Both the position numbers and the translations under genes were made by a program. A model generated the notes under the pieces. It was not told the origin of the DNA and did no database searches. It saw nothing but the letters and a program-made list of their open reading frames with translations. From contig NW_027362772.1 of NCBI RefSeq assembly GCF_046119375.1, positions 254,200,001 through 254,264,000 of the forward strand: a stretch of DNA of 64,000 nucleotides. Direction: 5' to 3'. Positions 11,818 through 23,600 of this stretch are shown in pieces. Positions within the stretch are counted from its first letter, which is position 1; each line of letters begins with the position of its first letter. The stretch comes from Phyllobates terribilis (taxonomy: Eukaryota).

Positions 11818-13422
11818 CAGTACAGACCAAAAGTTTGGACACACATTCTCATTTAAAGATTTTTGTGTATTTTCATGACTATGAAAATTGTACATTCACA
11901 CTGAAGGCATCAAAACTATGAATTAACACATGTGGAATTATATACTTAACAAAAAAGTGTGAAACAACTGAAAATATGTCTTATATTCTAGGTTCTTCAA
12001 AGTAGCCACCTTTTGCTTTGATGACTGCTTTGCACACTCTTGGCATTCTCTTGATGAGCTTCAAGAGGTAGTCACCGGAAATGGTTTTCACTTCACAGGT
12101 GTGCCCTGTCAGGTTTAATAAGTGGGATTTCTTGCCTTATAAATGGGGTTGGGACCATCAGTTGTGTTGTGCAGAAGTCTGGTGGATACACAGCTGATAG
12201 TCCTACTGAATAGACTGTTGGCTGCTTTTTTCTTGCCATAATACAAATTCTAAGTAAAGAAAAACGAGTGGCCATCATTACTTTAAGAAATGAAGGTCAG
12301 TCAGTGCGAAAAATTGGGAAAACTTTGAAAGTGTCGCCAAATGCAGTTGCAAAAACCATCAAGCACTACAAAGAAACTGTATCACATGAGGACCGCCCCA
12401 GGAAAGGAAGACCAAGAGTCACCTCTGCTTCTGAGGATAAGTTTATCCGAGTCACCAGCCTCAGAAATCGCAGGTTAACAGCAGCTCAGATTAGAGACCA
12501 GGTCAATGCCACACAGAGTTCTAGCAGCAGACACATCTCTTCAACAACTGTTAAAAGGAGACTTTGTGCAGCAGGCCTTCATGGTAAAATAGCTGCTAGG
12601 AAACCACTGCTAAGGACAGGCAACAAGCAGAAGAGACTTGTTTGGGCTAAAGAACACAAGGAATGGACATTAGACCAGTGGAAATCTGTGCTTTGGTCTG
12701 AGTCCAAATTTAAGATCTTTGGTTCCAACCACCGTGTCTTTGTGTGACGCAGAAAAGGTGAACGAATGGACTCTACATGCCTGGTTCCCACCGTGAAGCA
12801 TGGAGGAGGAGGTGTGATGGTGTGGGGGTGCTTTGCTGGTGACACTGTTGGGGATTTATTTAAAATTGAAGGCATACTGAACCAGCATGGCTACCACAGC
12901 ATCTTGCAGCGGCATGCTATTCCATCCGGTTTGCGTTTAGTTGGACCATCATTTATTTTTCAACAGGACAATGACCCCAAACACACCTCCAGGCTGTGTA
13001 AGGGCTATTTGACCAAGGAGAGTGATGGGGTGCTACGCCAGTCACCAGACCTGAACCCAAGCGAGATGGTTTGGGGTGACCTGGACCGCAGAGTGAAGTC
13101 AAAAGGGCCAACAAGTGCTAAGCATCTCTGGGAACTCCTTCAAGATTGTTGGAAGACCATTTCCGGTGACTACCTCTTGAAGCTCATCAAGAGAATGCCA
13201 AGAGTGTGCAAAGCAGTCATCAAAGCAAAAGGTGGCTACTTTGAAGAATCTAGAATATAAGACATATTTTCAGTTATTTCACACTTTTTTGTTAAGTATA
13301 TAAGTCCACATGTGTTAATTCATAGTTTTGATGCCTTCAGTGTGAATGTACAATTTTCATAGTCATGAAAATACAGAAAAATCTTTAATGAGAAGGTGTG
13401 TCCAAACTTTTGGTCTGTACTG
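11818..13422 (+). mobile_element. Full-length inactive Tc1-like transposon (1605 bp) in INTS11 intron 1
   Basis: TA on both sides (11816-17, 13423-24); ends CAGTACAGACCAAAAGTTTGGACAC; ~267-bp inverted repeats (11818-12084 / 13156-13422). Transposase pieces 12268-12747 and 12766-13260 share one frame, separated by a TGA. GRPR, FQQDNDPKH and SPDLNP motifs present; WSDE reduced to WSE (first catalytic Asp missing). Confidence 0.95.
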
Positions 13423-14995
13423 TATATATATTTATTACACATTTAGTACGACCACAGTGGTCTTCACTTGATAAAAGGGGTGCTTTCTCTCTAAAGGGGT
13501 TGTCTACTACTAGGACAACCCCTTCTTGATCCAAATGTTTGGTGCCAATAAAATAAAAAAGCTTATACTCACCTTCCATGCCAGTGCTGTTCCAGCGGTG
13601 TCAGCAGTCGTGGTCCTGGGGCTCTCGTGCAGTTATGACTCGAGCCCGGCGCCCAATCAGCTCTGGCGACACTGTCTCTGCCTTAGGACGTATTGAACAT
13701 CAAGAGGACTTGAGAGAGCAGCCGCAGCCCTGACTTCCTCTTGATGTTCAATTCCTACAAAGGTGGAGACAGATTGGGCTCCGGGGTCACGTGTCATAAC
13801 AACCACAAGAGAGCTCTGAGACCAAGAGTGCAATTTACTGTAGATGCGGTAATTTTTATTGAGAGTCTGGTCTCGTTCCTCGTGATCATTGAGTATATTA
13901 CATGTGATATTTACCTCCATATACCGATCTCACCTTATACCCTTGTTATCTGGTAGCCAGTGTGCATTTTTTTTCATCCTACATACTTTAGATTTACACA
14001 TGTTCATTTTGTATATACTCTAATAAAATATTTACCGTTTTTAGCCATTTAACTCCTTTTGTTTTTTTCTGTGTGGTTATATCGATTGTGGAGTGGCTGA
14101 TGGGTTTCTATCGGTATTATTCTGATTTATATATGGCCTTTTAATACCTTACCAACATTTACCCATTGGCTCTTTCGTTACCCAACCCATAGGCAGCTTG
14201 AATCGGAGCCTGGCTGCTCAATTGCTGGTATAGTCATCTCTGAAATCCTCCGGTGTTTCAGAAAAAAAAAAAGTGTAATGATTTGGCCAGAGGCCAGACG
14301 ACTAGTCCAGGGCATCCCCCGCCTGGCCTTTCCCAGTGCCGCGCCAGGTGATTGACAAGTCTCTCCCTACACATGGGAGACGCCTCTCAATCAGCGAGAC
14401 CTGCTGGCCAGGAGCAGCGCTGGACCAGTCTCATCTCTATGGGTCCTGGCCGAGTCTTTTAACTATATTTTCTCTGAATTGTCAGAGCGTTTCAGAGATA
14501 AATATACTGTACCTCCTGCAGTGGTGCAGCCGTGGTCCGATTCATGCTACCTGTGGTTTGCAGCATTAATCAGCTGACTGGTTCCTTTTAAGGGGATTCT
14601 CCAGGACTTTCCTTGGTATTTTACTTCCTCACCTTCATAAAAAAAAAAAAATGTGATGTCTTTATTATATTTATATTTTTTAGTCCCCATAGCAGACATG
14701 AACCTGCGACTGCTTGTGCAATACCTTAATATTGCAGTTTATTGTAAAATTACTGATTTCTTATCATGCCCACACAAGCTGAGTGTTGTAGGTGTACAAA
14801 TATGGCAGATTTGGGGACTTTCAGTTGGACTTTGCTGGCTACCATGACAGTGTCACCAGCACGTCATTTCCATCCTCTTAGGTGCCACTGACACGATGGA
14901 CACCTTCACCTAATGGGTTAAACTGCTGCTATCGCAGGTAGCTCTATTTGCAGCCGCTAGACAGGTGCTGGTCGCACAAGCTGGATTCCTCCCAT

Positions 14996-16048
14996 CAGGG
15001 CTGTGGAGTCGGTGCTCATTTTGGTGGCGTCGTGGTCGGTATAAAATGGACCGACTCCTAAAATATATAATAAATTGGGTGCAGTAGATCAATGCAGAAT
15101 GTGCTGAATATTTTTTCATAGGACTTTGGGAAAGTTATGAAATGTCCTATAAATGGCTGTTCTATTTCTGATCTAAGGCTACATTCACACACACAGCGTT
15201 TTTGCTGCGTTATTTGAGGATACTTTTTTCAGCTGCAAAAGCAGATCAGCTTTTTAAAAAAACGCATCACCTGAAAGGTTTTTGAGCTCATAGATAATGT
15301 TTTCAATAGCAAAAGCAGATTAGAAAAACGCCACACAAACTGACAGGCTCATTCTTTGTGAGGATCCGTTTTTGAGCCCAAAAACGGATCCTCACAAAAA
15401 CGATGTGTCTGAATGTCATATCTTGAAACCCATTGACTTTGCTGGGATGCCCAGAGTCACTGCATTTTACTGCAAAAAACGGATCCGCAAAAACGCTGTG
15501 TGAATCATGGCTGTAGCCAGCGAGGGGCAGGGGGGGCAGCTGCCCCCCTCCCTAGAAGCAGGGTCACTCACCTATCAAAACTCACTTGTATGCTGCAGTT
15601 CTACCGTCCTGCAGCGGCTCCAGACTGCAGGGGGCAATCTCCCCTCCTCTGTCCTGTCTTCTGCTGTCTTCACCAGAGAGAGGAGGGGGAGGGGTGCCTG
15701 CCCTGCACAGGATCCGATTCCTGGGCCCCCGAGCTGGAGAAAGTGAAAGTACTACTGCTCATCTCTGTCACAGGAAGGTAACTAATGCTAATATTGTAGG
15801 TGATTATTATGTGCTCTCTGTTCATATGTGTGAACTATATATGCGATATGTGCAATGTACTATTTGCTGTCTGTAGCTGTCATCTGTCTATCACACTCTA
15901 TCCCTCCATGTATTCATCTATCCGTTCATTTATCCATCCCTCTATCCATCCCTCCCTCCATCTATTTATGTCTCCCTCTATCTATGTCGGTGTAAGGGAA
16001 ATTGAGGAGTCTGAGTCCCAGGTTTGGCTTACCGACTCCACAGCCCTG
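14996..16048. mobile_element. hAT-type MITE with perfect 8-bp TSD, enlarged by nested insertions including a Harbinger-like MITE at ~15177-15510
   Basis: TIR CAGGGCTGTGGAGTCGG / CCGACTCCACAGCCCTG; TSD CCTCCCAT at 14988-14995 and 16049-16056; an uninterrupted sibling sits at 19834-20100. Confidence 0.8.
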
Positions 16049-17691
16049 CCTCCCATGCTGTAGGGAATGGACTCCTGAGCTCACTCCTTACATGCAGGGT
16101 TCATGGGGCCAGGTGCTGGCCCTGGATCTGATATTGGGGACCTGTGCTGAGGATTGGTCATGAATATAAAAGTGCCGGACAATCTCTTTAATGTGATTAT
16201 TATGAACACTGACCAGTGAAGCCTAAATCTCCTTGATGCTGGGGGTTCCAGTCATTAAGATCCACCATGTGACAGACTTATGGGCATGTTCTCTATCTAT
16301 GTTCACCCTCCTCTGACTCTTGTAAAGCCAGAGCTGTCAATCAAGGAAGAAGAGTATTAAAATAGATGGAGAACAAGTAGGAGGGAAAGTGCATTGAACT
16401 ACTGATCTACGCGAAGGGAGCACCGAGTGTCTGTGCTTGGTTTGTACAGTCATCTTGTGCGCACAGACACCCTATAAATGCATCATCACACAGCTGCCCG
16501 TCATTGTCTAGATCTGCAGCCGGAGAAACGAGTCAAGTGAGAGGATGATCAGCGAATTCCTGCATAATGATCTCAGCCGCAGGCTCTCGTCACTCACGTT
16601 GTTATCGGACCTGGTAGAACGTGGTTCTCATCGTGCAGGACTGATTATGAGGGTGACCAATCAGAAGTCATTGGGGAAATGAGCTGTGCGACACGTGATG
16701 ACATTTAAAGGGCCATTATCGATAAAACTGACTGCTTATCAAAGTGCAGCGCTGTGAAATGATCTAATCTTATGTAAGGTGTCTTATCAGCTTCAGTGAT
16801 CTGTTGTACTCGGGCTGAAGGCTATCAGAGGTCACCAATGAAACCTCTTTCTACCACCCACTAGGATCTGTTCACATTGTGAACACAGCCATCTGCCGGA
16901 TCCCGGAGGTCTCTCTCACTTGTACATTCTGTATACAGGCATGTGGGCAGATTGAGGTCTAAAAAGCACTCAACCTGTTTGGCTGCTTTCCCCCAGAGGC
17001 TTGGGAAGTGCTCCATCATGTCCAGAGCACTTGCAGCCTAATTTGCATGTTGATAACAATGTGGATTATTTGATTATGGAATTGTGGATTTTTATAAAGA
17101 AAGGTATGACTTGACTTATCTTTCCAAAAGCTCCCTGATCATATAAGGGGACTGGGGGCTGCAGCCTGATGACAGATTCACTTCAAGCGTCATACATATG
17201 TTTTTCACTTGAGTCTTCTAACACCTAATAGTTTATGGGGCTGTTCACGGGGTCTCCACTTCCTGGCTGAGTTGCTGCGGTTCCTTCCACTTCACAATAA
17301 TATCACTCACAGGTGATGGGGGAAGATTTAGGAGGGAAGAAATGTCTTCACCGGACTTGTTACACCTGTGGCTCCTATTACAGGACCGCACTGGAATCGG
17401 TGAGCTCTGCACCACCGGCCGATCTGCTACATGTTAGTAAAGGCAGACGGGGCGAGAAGCAGCACTGCCAAAAATGAATAAGACGTGTCCCTATAGTATA
17501 GTCCATGTAATATATTGGGGAATGCTGTATAATGCAGTTCCATAATATTTTAGCCTCTTGCCTATAAAGCTAGGGTTACACTTGCACATTTTTACATTTA
17601 TTATCATTCTTATTTTACAGATCTGAAGAAAGCTACTTCACGCTTACTTACGTCACATGTAAATTGATTATTGAAGATTCCAGATCTGAAA

Positions 17692-20600
17692 ATGCCAGAA
17701 ATTAAGGTCACCCCACTCGGTAAGAATCTTGATCGGTAATATTAAGACTGTTAACCTTTTGAACACCATTCTTTATTTAAAAAAAAAAAAAAAAGTTTTG
17801 ATTGCTGATACAGAGCTGCAAATAACCTGTGTGGTCCTAAAAGGCAAAATTCCTGTCTCCACCACTAGGGGGCATTTTGAAGCTTATTGCTCACTGTTAT
17901 ATATTGATGGTAGGAATAAAACAGTCTACAGTGGTCGGAGGTCTCTTTAGACTATGGACGGATTATATTTGTGTACATAATAACACAGGAGAATACAGTA
18001 GGTTTCACCTTGGGTAATACTGAGAACGGAGACAGCAATGTCTTTACTTGTCATTAACGTGGGTTAAAGTCCTTTGTTAATCCTAAAAAAATCCTGTACT
18101 ACATACTGATAGTTCCTATTGATTTATGGGATGGATCTTGATCTCCTGGCATTCTCATCAGGACATGATGTGAATTATTGTTTCCCAACAACTGACAAGC
18201 CACATATTGCAGATCATTTTATTAGTGGATTTCCTTACAGCGGATTTGCCTGCAGATTTTACAATCAAAACTGTATACATTAAATATTATCGGTTAAATA
18301 GAACTTAGAGCTGGTGAGGCTGATGCCCTTTCTTTGATAATCCATGTCGCAAAGTCTGTATAATCCCTCTGGAAGTTTGAGCTCCATCTCGGCCCATCAC
18401 AGCCTGACTGACCGCTCCTCAGTGTCCCTCCTCCCTGCTGAGATCTCACACTGCTCAGTACGGATCTGACCGGCTCACAGTAATCCACTGGCTGTTTTGT
18501 GGCTATAATAGACACTAAGTGATGTAATATATTAACACTTTCATTACGATGCTGTTTTTAGGTGCTGGCCAAGATGTTGGACGCAGTTGTATCCTGGTCT
18601 CCATAGGAGGGAAGAATGTGATGCTGGATTGTGGCATGCACATGGGTTACAATGATGACGTGAGTCCTGCAGGGGGAGGCATTAGTATAAGAGGGTCTTT
18701 GATTCTTGTAGTAATACCTTTCCTCTTTGTAACAGCGCCGGTTCCCAGACTTCTCATACATTACACAGAACGGACGTCTCACCGAGTTTCTGGATTGTGT
18801 TATTATCAGGTAATATAATTTATAGTAGAGATTGATAGGACCCTACTCTCCTCAGCAGCTGGGTCACTTCCTATCATTCCTTCTCCAGCCACTTTCACCT
18901 GGACCATTGCGGAGCTCTGCCATACATGAGCGAGATGGTCGGGTTTGATGGACCCATTTACATGACTCACCCTACTAAAGCCATCTGCCCCATCCTGCTT
19001 GAAGACTACAGGAAAATCACTGTGGACAAGAAAGGGGAAACCAACTTTTTCACATCTCAGATGATTAAAGACTGCATGAAGAAAGTTGTGGCTGTGAACC
19101 TTCATCAGACTGTGCAGGTAAGATGGACGTAACCCAAAGCTGGGAAATGTAGAACATGTATTCCACAGTTACAATGGTGCTGCCCATCTCTGGTCGAAGG
19201 TTTTTATAATCTGCTCACCATGCACTTACTTCCCGGGTAGCTTTTATTCCTGTGATTGTCTATCAATCCCATGACACATCAGTACAGCATCACTTCAGCA
19301 GCTGGAGTCAATGTCCTCTCCGCCTCTTGTGTTATCCCCATGATTATATTCTACTAAGTAAGCACAGAGATTATAAGTTTACGGTGAGGGAGGCTAAACT
19401 ATGATCTACTTTATTATAAGTGAGGTGAGAGCCGTCTAGTCATCATCAGTAACTTCGATAGAAGTTTCTGTCTCTCTACCCAGTGGAGAACTTCAGCGGT
19501 ACAGTCCATGCATCTGCATCATGCAGGCATTTTTATTGACTGAAATGGTGAACCCTGAAGGGAATAAGGTCTGTCATTCCTAGGGGGGTCACCGTGAGCT
19601 AGCATGACCCAAATGAGAAGTACAACTTGAATTTCCAACTAGAAAGGAACAACTAAATATTAAATGAATAATATATATTCGACTAAAAATTATTATTTTT
19701 TTATTTTTTAAGGTTGATGAAGAGCTGGAGATTAAGGCATACTATGCGGGACATGTTTTGGGAGCAGCCATGTTTCAGATTAAAGTTGGCTCAGAATCTG
19801 TGGTTTATACTGTGAGTATATAGAAAGCTTAGCCAGGGCTGTGGAGTCTGAGTCTGTGTCCATTTTGGTGGAGTCGGTATAAAATGGACCGACTCCTAAA
19901 ATATACAATAAATTGGGTACAGTAGTACAATGCAGTTTGTGGGGAATATTTTTTCATAAGAGTCTGGGAAAGTTATGAAATGTCCTATTCTTGATCTAAG
20001 GGTCTAGACTTTCAGCTGAGATGAATCTGTGCTACAGTAAATTTATCACTTAAACATGAGCCATGTATGTCGGAGTCGGTGGTTTGGCTCCACAGCCCTG
20101 AGTTTAGCTGAAGGCTAATACTTGACAAGTAAATCTCCTTCTGTCCCTGCCTTTGCAGTCGCTGGCACTGATGATTTTATACATGCTTTTGGGACCCCCT
20201 AACTGGCCCCAGACCTGGTCTGTAAGATCCAGCGCAGGCTCCTATGTATCTAAGCATGCCCTTGCATCAGTACACATTTTATTCTTGGCTTACATCTCAC
20301 AATTTGACTGTTCTCCTTTTTCCCCAGGGGGATTACAATATGACTCCAGATCGGCATTTGGGGTAAGATCCTTGTTTAGCTAAACATCATGGGTTTGGGA
20401 TGTTTTCTTTGTGGCGCTATATCCGGTATATTCTTCACTTAACTTTGATGCATTTTGTAATTAGTTGATTGATTTGAAATGTTATTCAGAGCCGCATGGA
20501 TCGACAAATGCCGCCCAGATTTACTCATTACCGAATCCACCTACGCGACAACTATCAGAGACTCCAAGCGTTGTCGAGAGCGAGACTTCCTGAAGAAGGT

Positions 20601-23600
20601 CCACGAGTCTGTAGAGAAGGGTGGAAAGGTTGGTGACGTGTCGTTCTTCTTCGATCTGGAATGTGATTTTAGGTTAACTATGTCCTGGAAAGGCAATTGT
20701 AACCTGAAAAAAAATTATCCCTATAACTTAAGCATTATCATTGGATTTTACATCCAGATTTTCAGATGGGGGCGATCCACAGCACAAAACACAACAGCAA
20801 ATTTGTACCAAAAAATGTGCACAATTTGGAACAGATTTCCCTATGGTTTTCTATAACGTGTCTTCTAAAAATGTTCTGCAGCAAATCTGTTATGTGGGAA
20901 GTATAACTGATCATGTATTTAATCCCTGTCCTATTCGTAGGTCATAAATGTACGATATATTCACATAAATTGTTGACAAAAATGGCGTCTAAATATTTTT
21001 CTTGATGGCAGCGTGTTTTTGTCTCCTTTGACAGGTTCTCATTCCCGTTTTTGCACTGGGGAGAGCTCAGGAACTCTGCATCTTGTTGGAAACATTCTGG
21101 TAACGTTGCTTTTATGTGTCTCAGTAACTTTCATTACAGTTTTTTAATTTGCATATTATAATGAGTGTCTTCATTCAGGGAGCGTATGAATCTGAAAGCC
21201 CCAATCTACTTCTCCACGGGTCTAACAGAAAAGGCAAACCACTACTACAAGCTCTTCATCACCTGGACTAACCAGAAGATCCGGAAGACCTTCGTACAGA
21301 GGAACATGTTCGAGTTTAAGCACATCAAGGCCTTCGACAGAGCTTTTGCCGATAACCCTGGACCAATGGTAGTAATGTACTCTGGAATATATGTGTGTTT
21401 GTGTATGGAGATCTGTATATAGATCTCTCTCTTTCTAGATCTAGAAAGAAAGAGCGCTATATCAGTATGTGGAATATTATATATACTTCTAGGAAAACCA
21501 GTCTTCAGCTGCCGTGCTCATTACTCACAATATGAGGGGAGTCCTACAGGAAAGAATTACTTTCTACACTAATTTCTAAGGGCTTTAATTAGCTGGAGAA
21601 TTTTCTATATATTGTGTATTTTCCATTTAGTCTTTAGTGACACAAACTCTGCTTGCTGTCAGTAAATGAAAAGCACATGTTTACTTCCGGAGATTGAAAC
21701 CCCATCCGGGCCATGTCTTCTGCACTGGTGCACTCTTCACTGCTGACCTCTTGCACTAGATCCGCAGCGGGCCACGCTGACCTCTTGCACTAGATCCGCA
21801 GCGGGCCGCGCTGACCTCTTGCACTAGATCCGCAGCGGGCCACGCTGACCTCTTGCACTAGATCCGCAGCGGGCCACGCTGACCTCTTGCACTAGATCCG
21901 CAGCGGGCCGCGCTGACCTCTTGCACTAGATCCGCAGCGGGCCGCACTGCCCTGTTTGGGATCGGATGCATTCCCCTAAATGAAGCATAAGCAACATTGT
22001 GCCTTTTAGGTTAATCAGATCAATCAAAGTATAACTAAAGTTGGTCAATGACTGCACACGGGTGGGAGGGAGCTAGAGACAAGAGAGCGCTTCCCACTTT
22101 GATCCCACAGACTTATGCCTGCAAGTTTGATGTATTAGCCAAAGCCACATCATATCAGCTCCTCATACTGTCCTGACAGACCGACTTTTACCAGCCGGGC
22201 TCCTGTCTCTATACAATATTACAGGACAGACGTTTGATCCCGACATGAACGCAAGTGTGAGTGTTCACTGACAAAAAGCAGAGATCTTGATAATAGGGAG
22301 TTAACAGTAGAATTTTATTCAGATTGTTAGCTCCTTTGCATATAACTGAATGTTTGTTAGCCGTGAACCTTTACTGTCTCTACACGTTGTAATTCGCAGG
22401 TGGTGTTCGCTACTCCGGGAATGTTACACGCCGGTCAGTCCTTACAGATTTTTCGCAAGTGGGCTGGGAATGAAAAGAATATGGTGAGATCTCCGTGTAA
22501 CGCACAGGGTTAAAGGCAAATACTCTTGTGTGTAAATGCCCCCATACACATTAGACTAAAAGGATCCAAAGCCGCCGATGTCGTCAGGATGGGCCAGTAT
22601 TGGGGCACATGATGTATGTCAAAAGAAATATCTGGAGTGATGTCAGCCCTGGTTAGTTTGCGCTGTGTGAATGAGATACAGTAAAAGTTAATACGCAGCG
22701 GATTTTTCCACCCGCTACATATCTGCATCGTGTGCACTTGTGATGAGCGAGTATGTTTTGTTAACCCTTTCGTTGAGTATGCTCGGGCGAGCACCGAGTA
22801 TTTACAGCTGCTCGGTGTTATGTTTGAATCACTCCCATGTGCATGATTTGCTACTGTTTGACAGCTTTAATACATGTGAGGAATGTGTAAGAAATAGGCA
22901 TTCCTCACATGTATTAAAGCTGTCAAACAGTCACAAATCATGCACACGGGAGTGATTCAAACATATCACCGAGCAGCTGTAACTACTCGGAGCTCGCCCG
23001 AGCATACTCGGCGAAAGGGTTAATAGAACATACTCGCTCATCACTACACTTCACCTTATTGTGTTCTCCTGGAAGCCACAATTAGGTTTTCACTATCTGC
23101 ATAGTGACCCTTTTAAAAGGTTATTAAATATTTTACAGCAAATAGAGGATTTTGACTTTTTTGATCATTTGGAGAGGTTGTCCACTACTTTTTAATTTAT
23201 GAGATAGGTCATCAATATCTGATCGGTCGGGGTCCGACACCCAGCACCCCCCGCCTATCAGCTGTCATCGGTGTCAGCCAGAAATACTTACTTACGGAGC
23301 TGGCCGTCTTCTGGTAGTGGCCGCCGCAGGGTACTGCACATTCGCCTCCTATTGATGTGAATGGGAGGAGGATGTGCAGTACCCTGCGACGGCCAACTCT
23401 GTAAGTAAGTATTTCTGGATGACAGCTGATCAGCGGGGGGGTGCTGGGTGTCGAACCCCAGCCGATCAGACACTGATGACCTACAGTATACTAAGGACGG
23501 GCCATCACTGTAAAAGTAGTGGACAACCTCTTTAAGCCATTGTTAAACTTATCTGGCAGCAGCTTGTCATCGTCTTCTGCTCTTTTGGATAATATTGCGT

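Larger units (their letters stand above)
11196..14075. repeat. Inverted-repeat pair, Penelope-like terminal repeats: arms 11196-11445 versus 11660-11725 plus 13885-14075
   Basis: 11196-11380 is the diverged reverse complement of 13885-14075 (shared block CACACTGGCTACCAGATAACAAGGGTATAAGGTGAG); 11385-11445 mirrors 11660-11725. CTGAAGAAG and GAAACGCG motifs present. Confidence 0.55.
11149..14591. mobile_element. T2/Kolobok-type MITE split by ~3 kb of nested insertions
   Basis: Left end TTAA-AGGGAACCTGTCCACTGATTCATGCTGC (11149-11180) matches the reverse complement of the right end TTAA-AAGGAACCAGTCAGCTGATTAATGCTGC (14560-14591). Confidence 0.55.
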
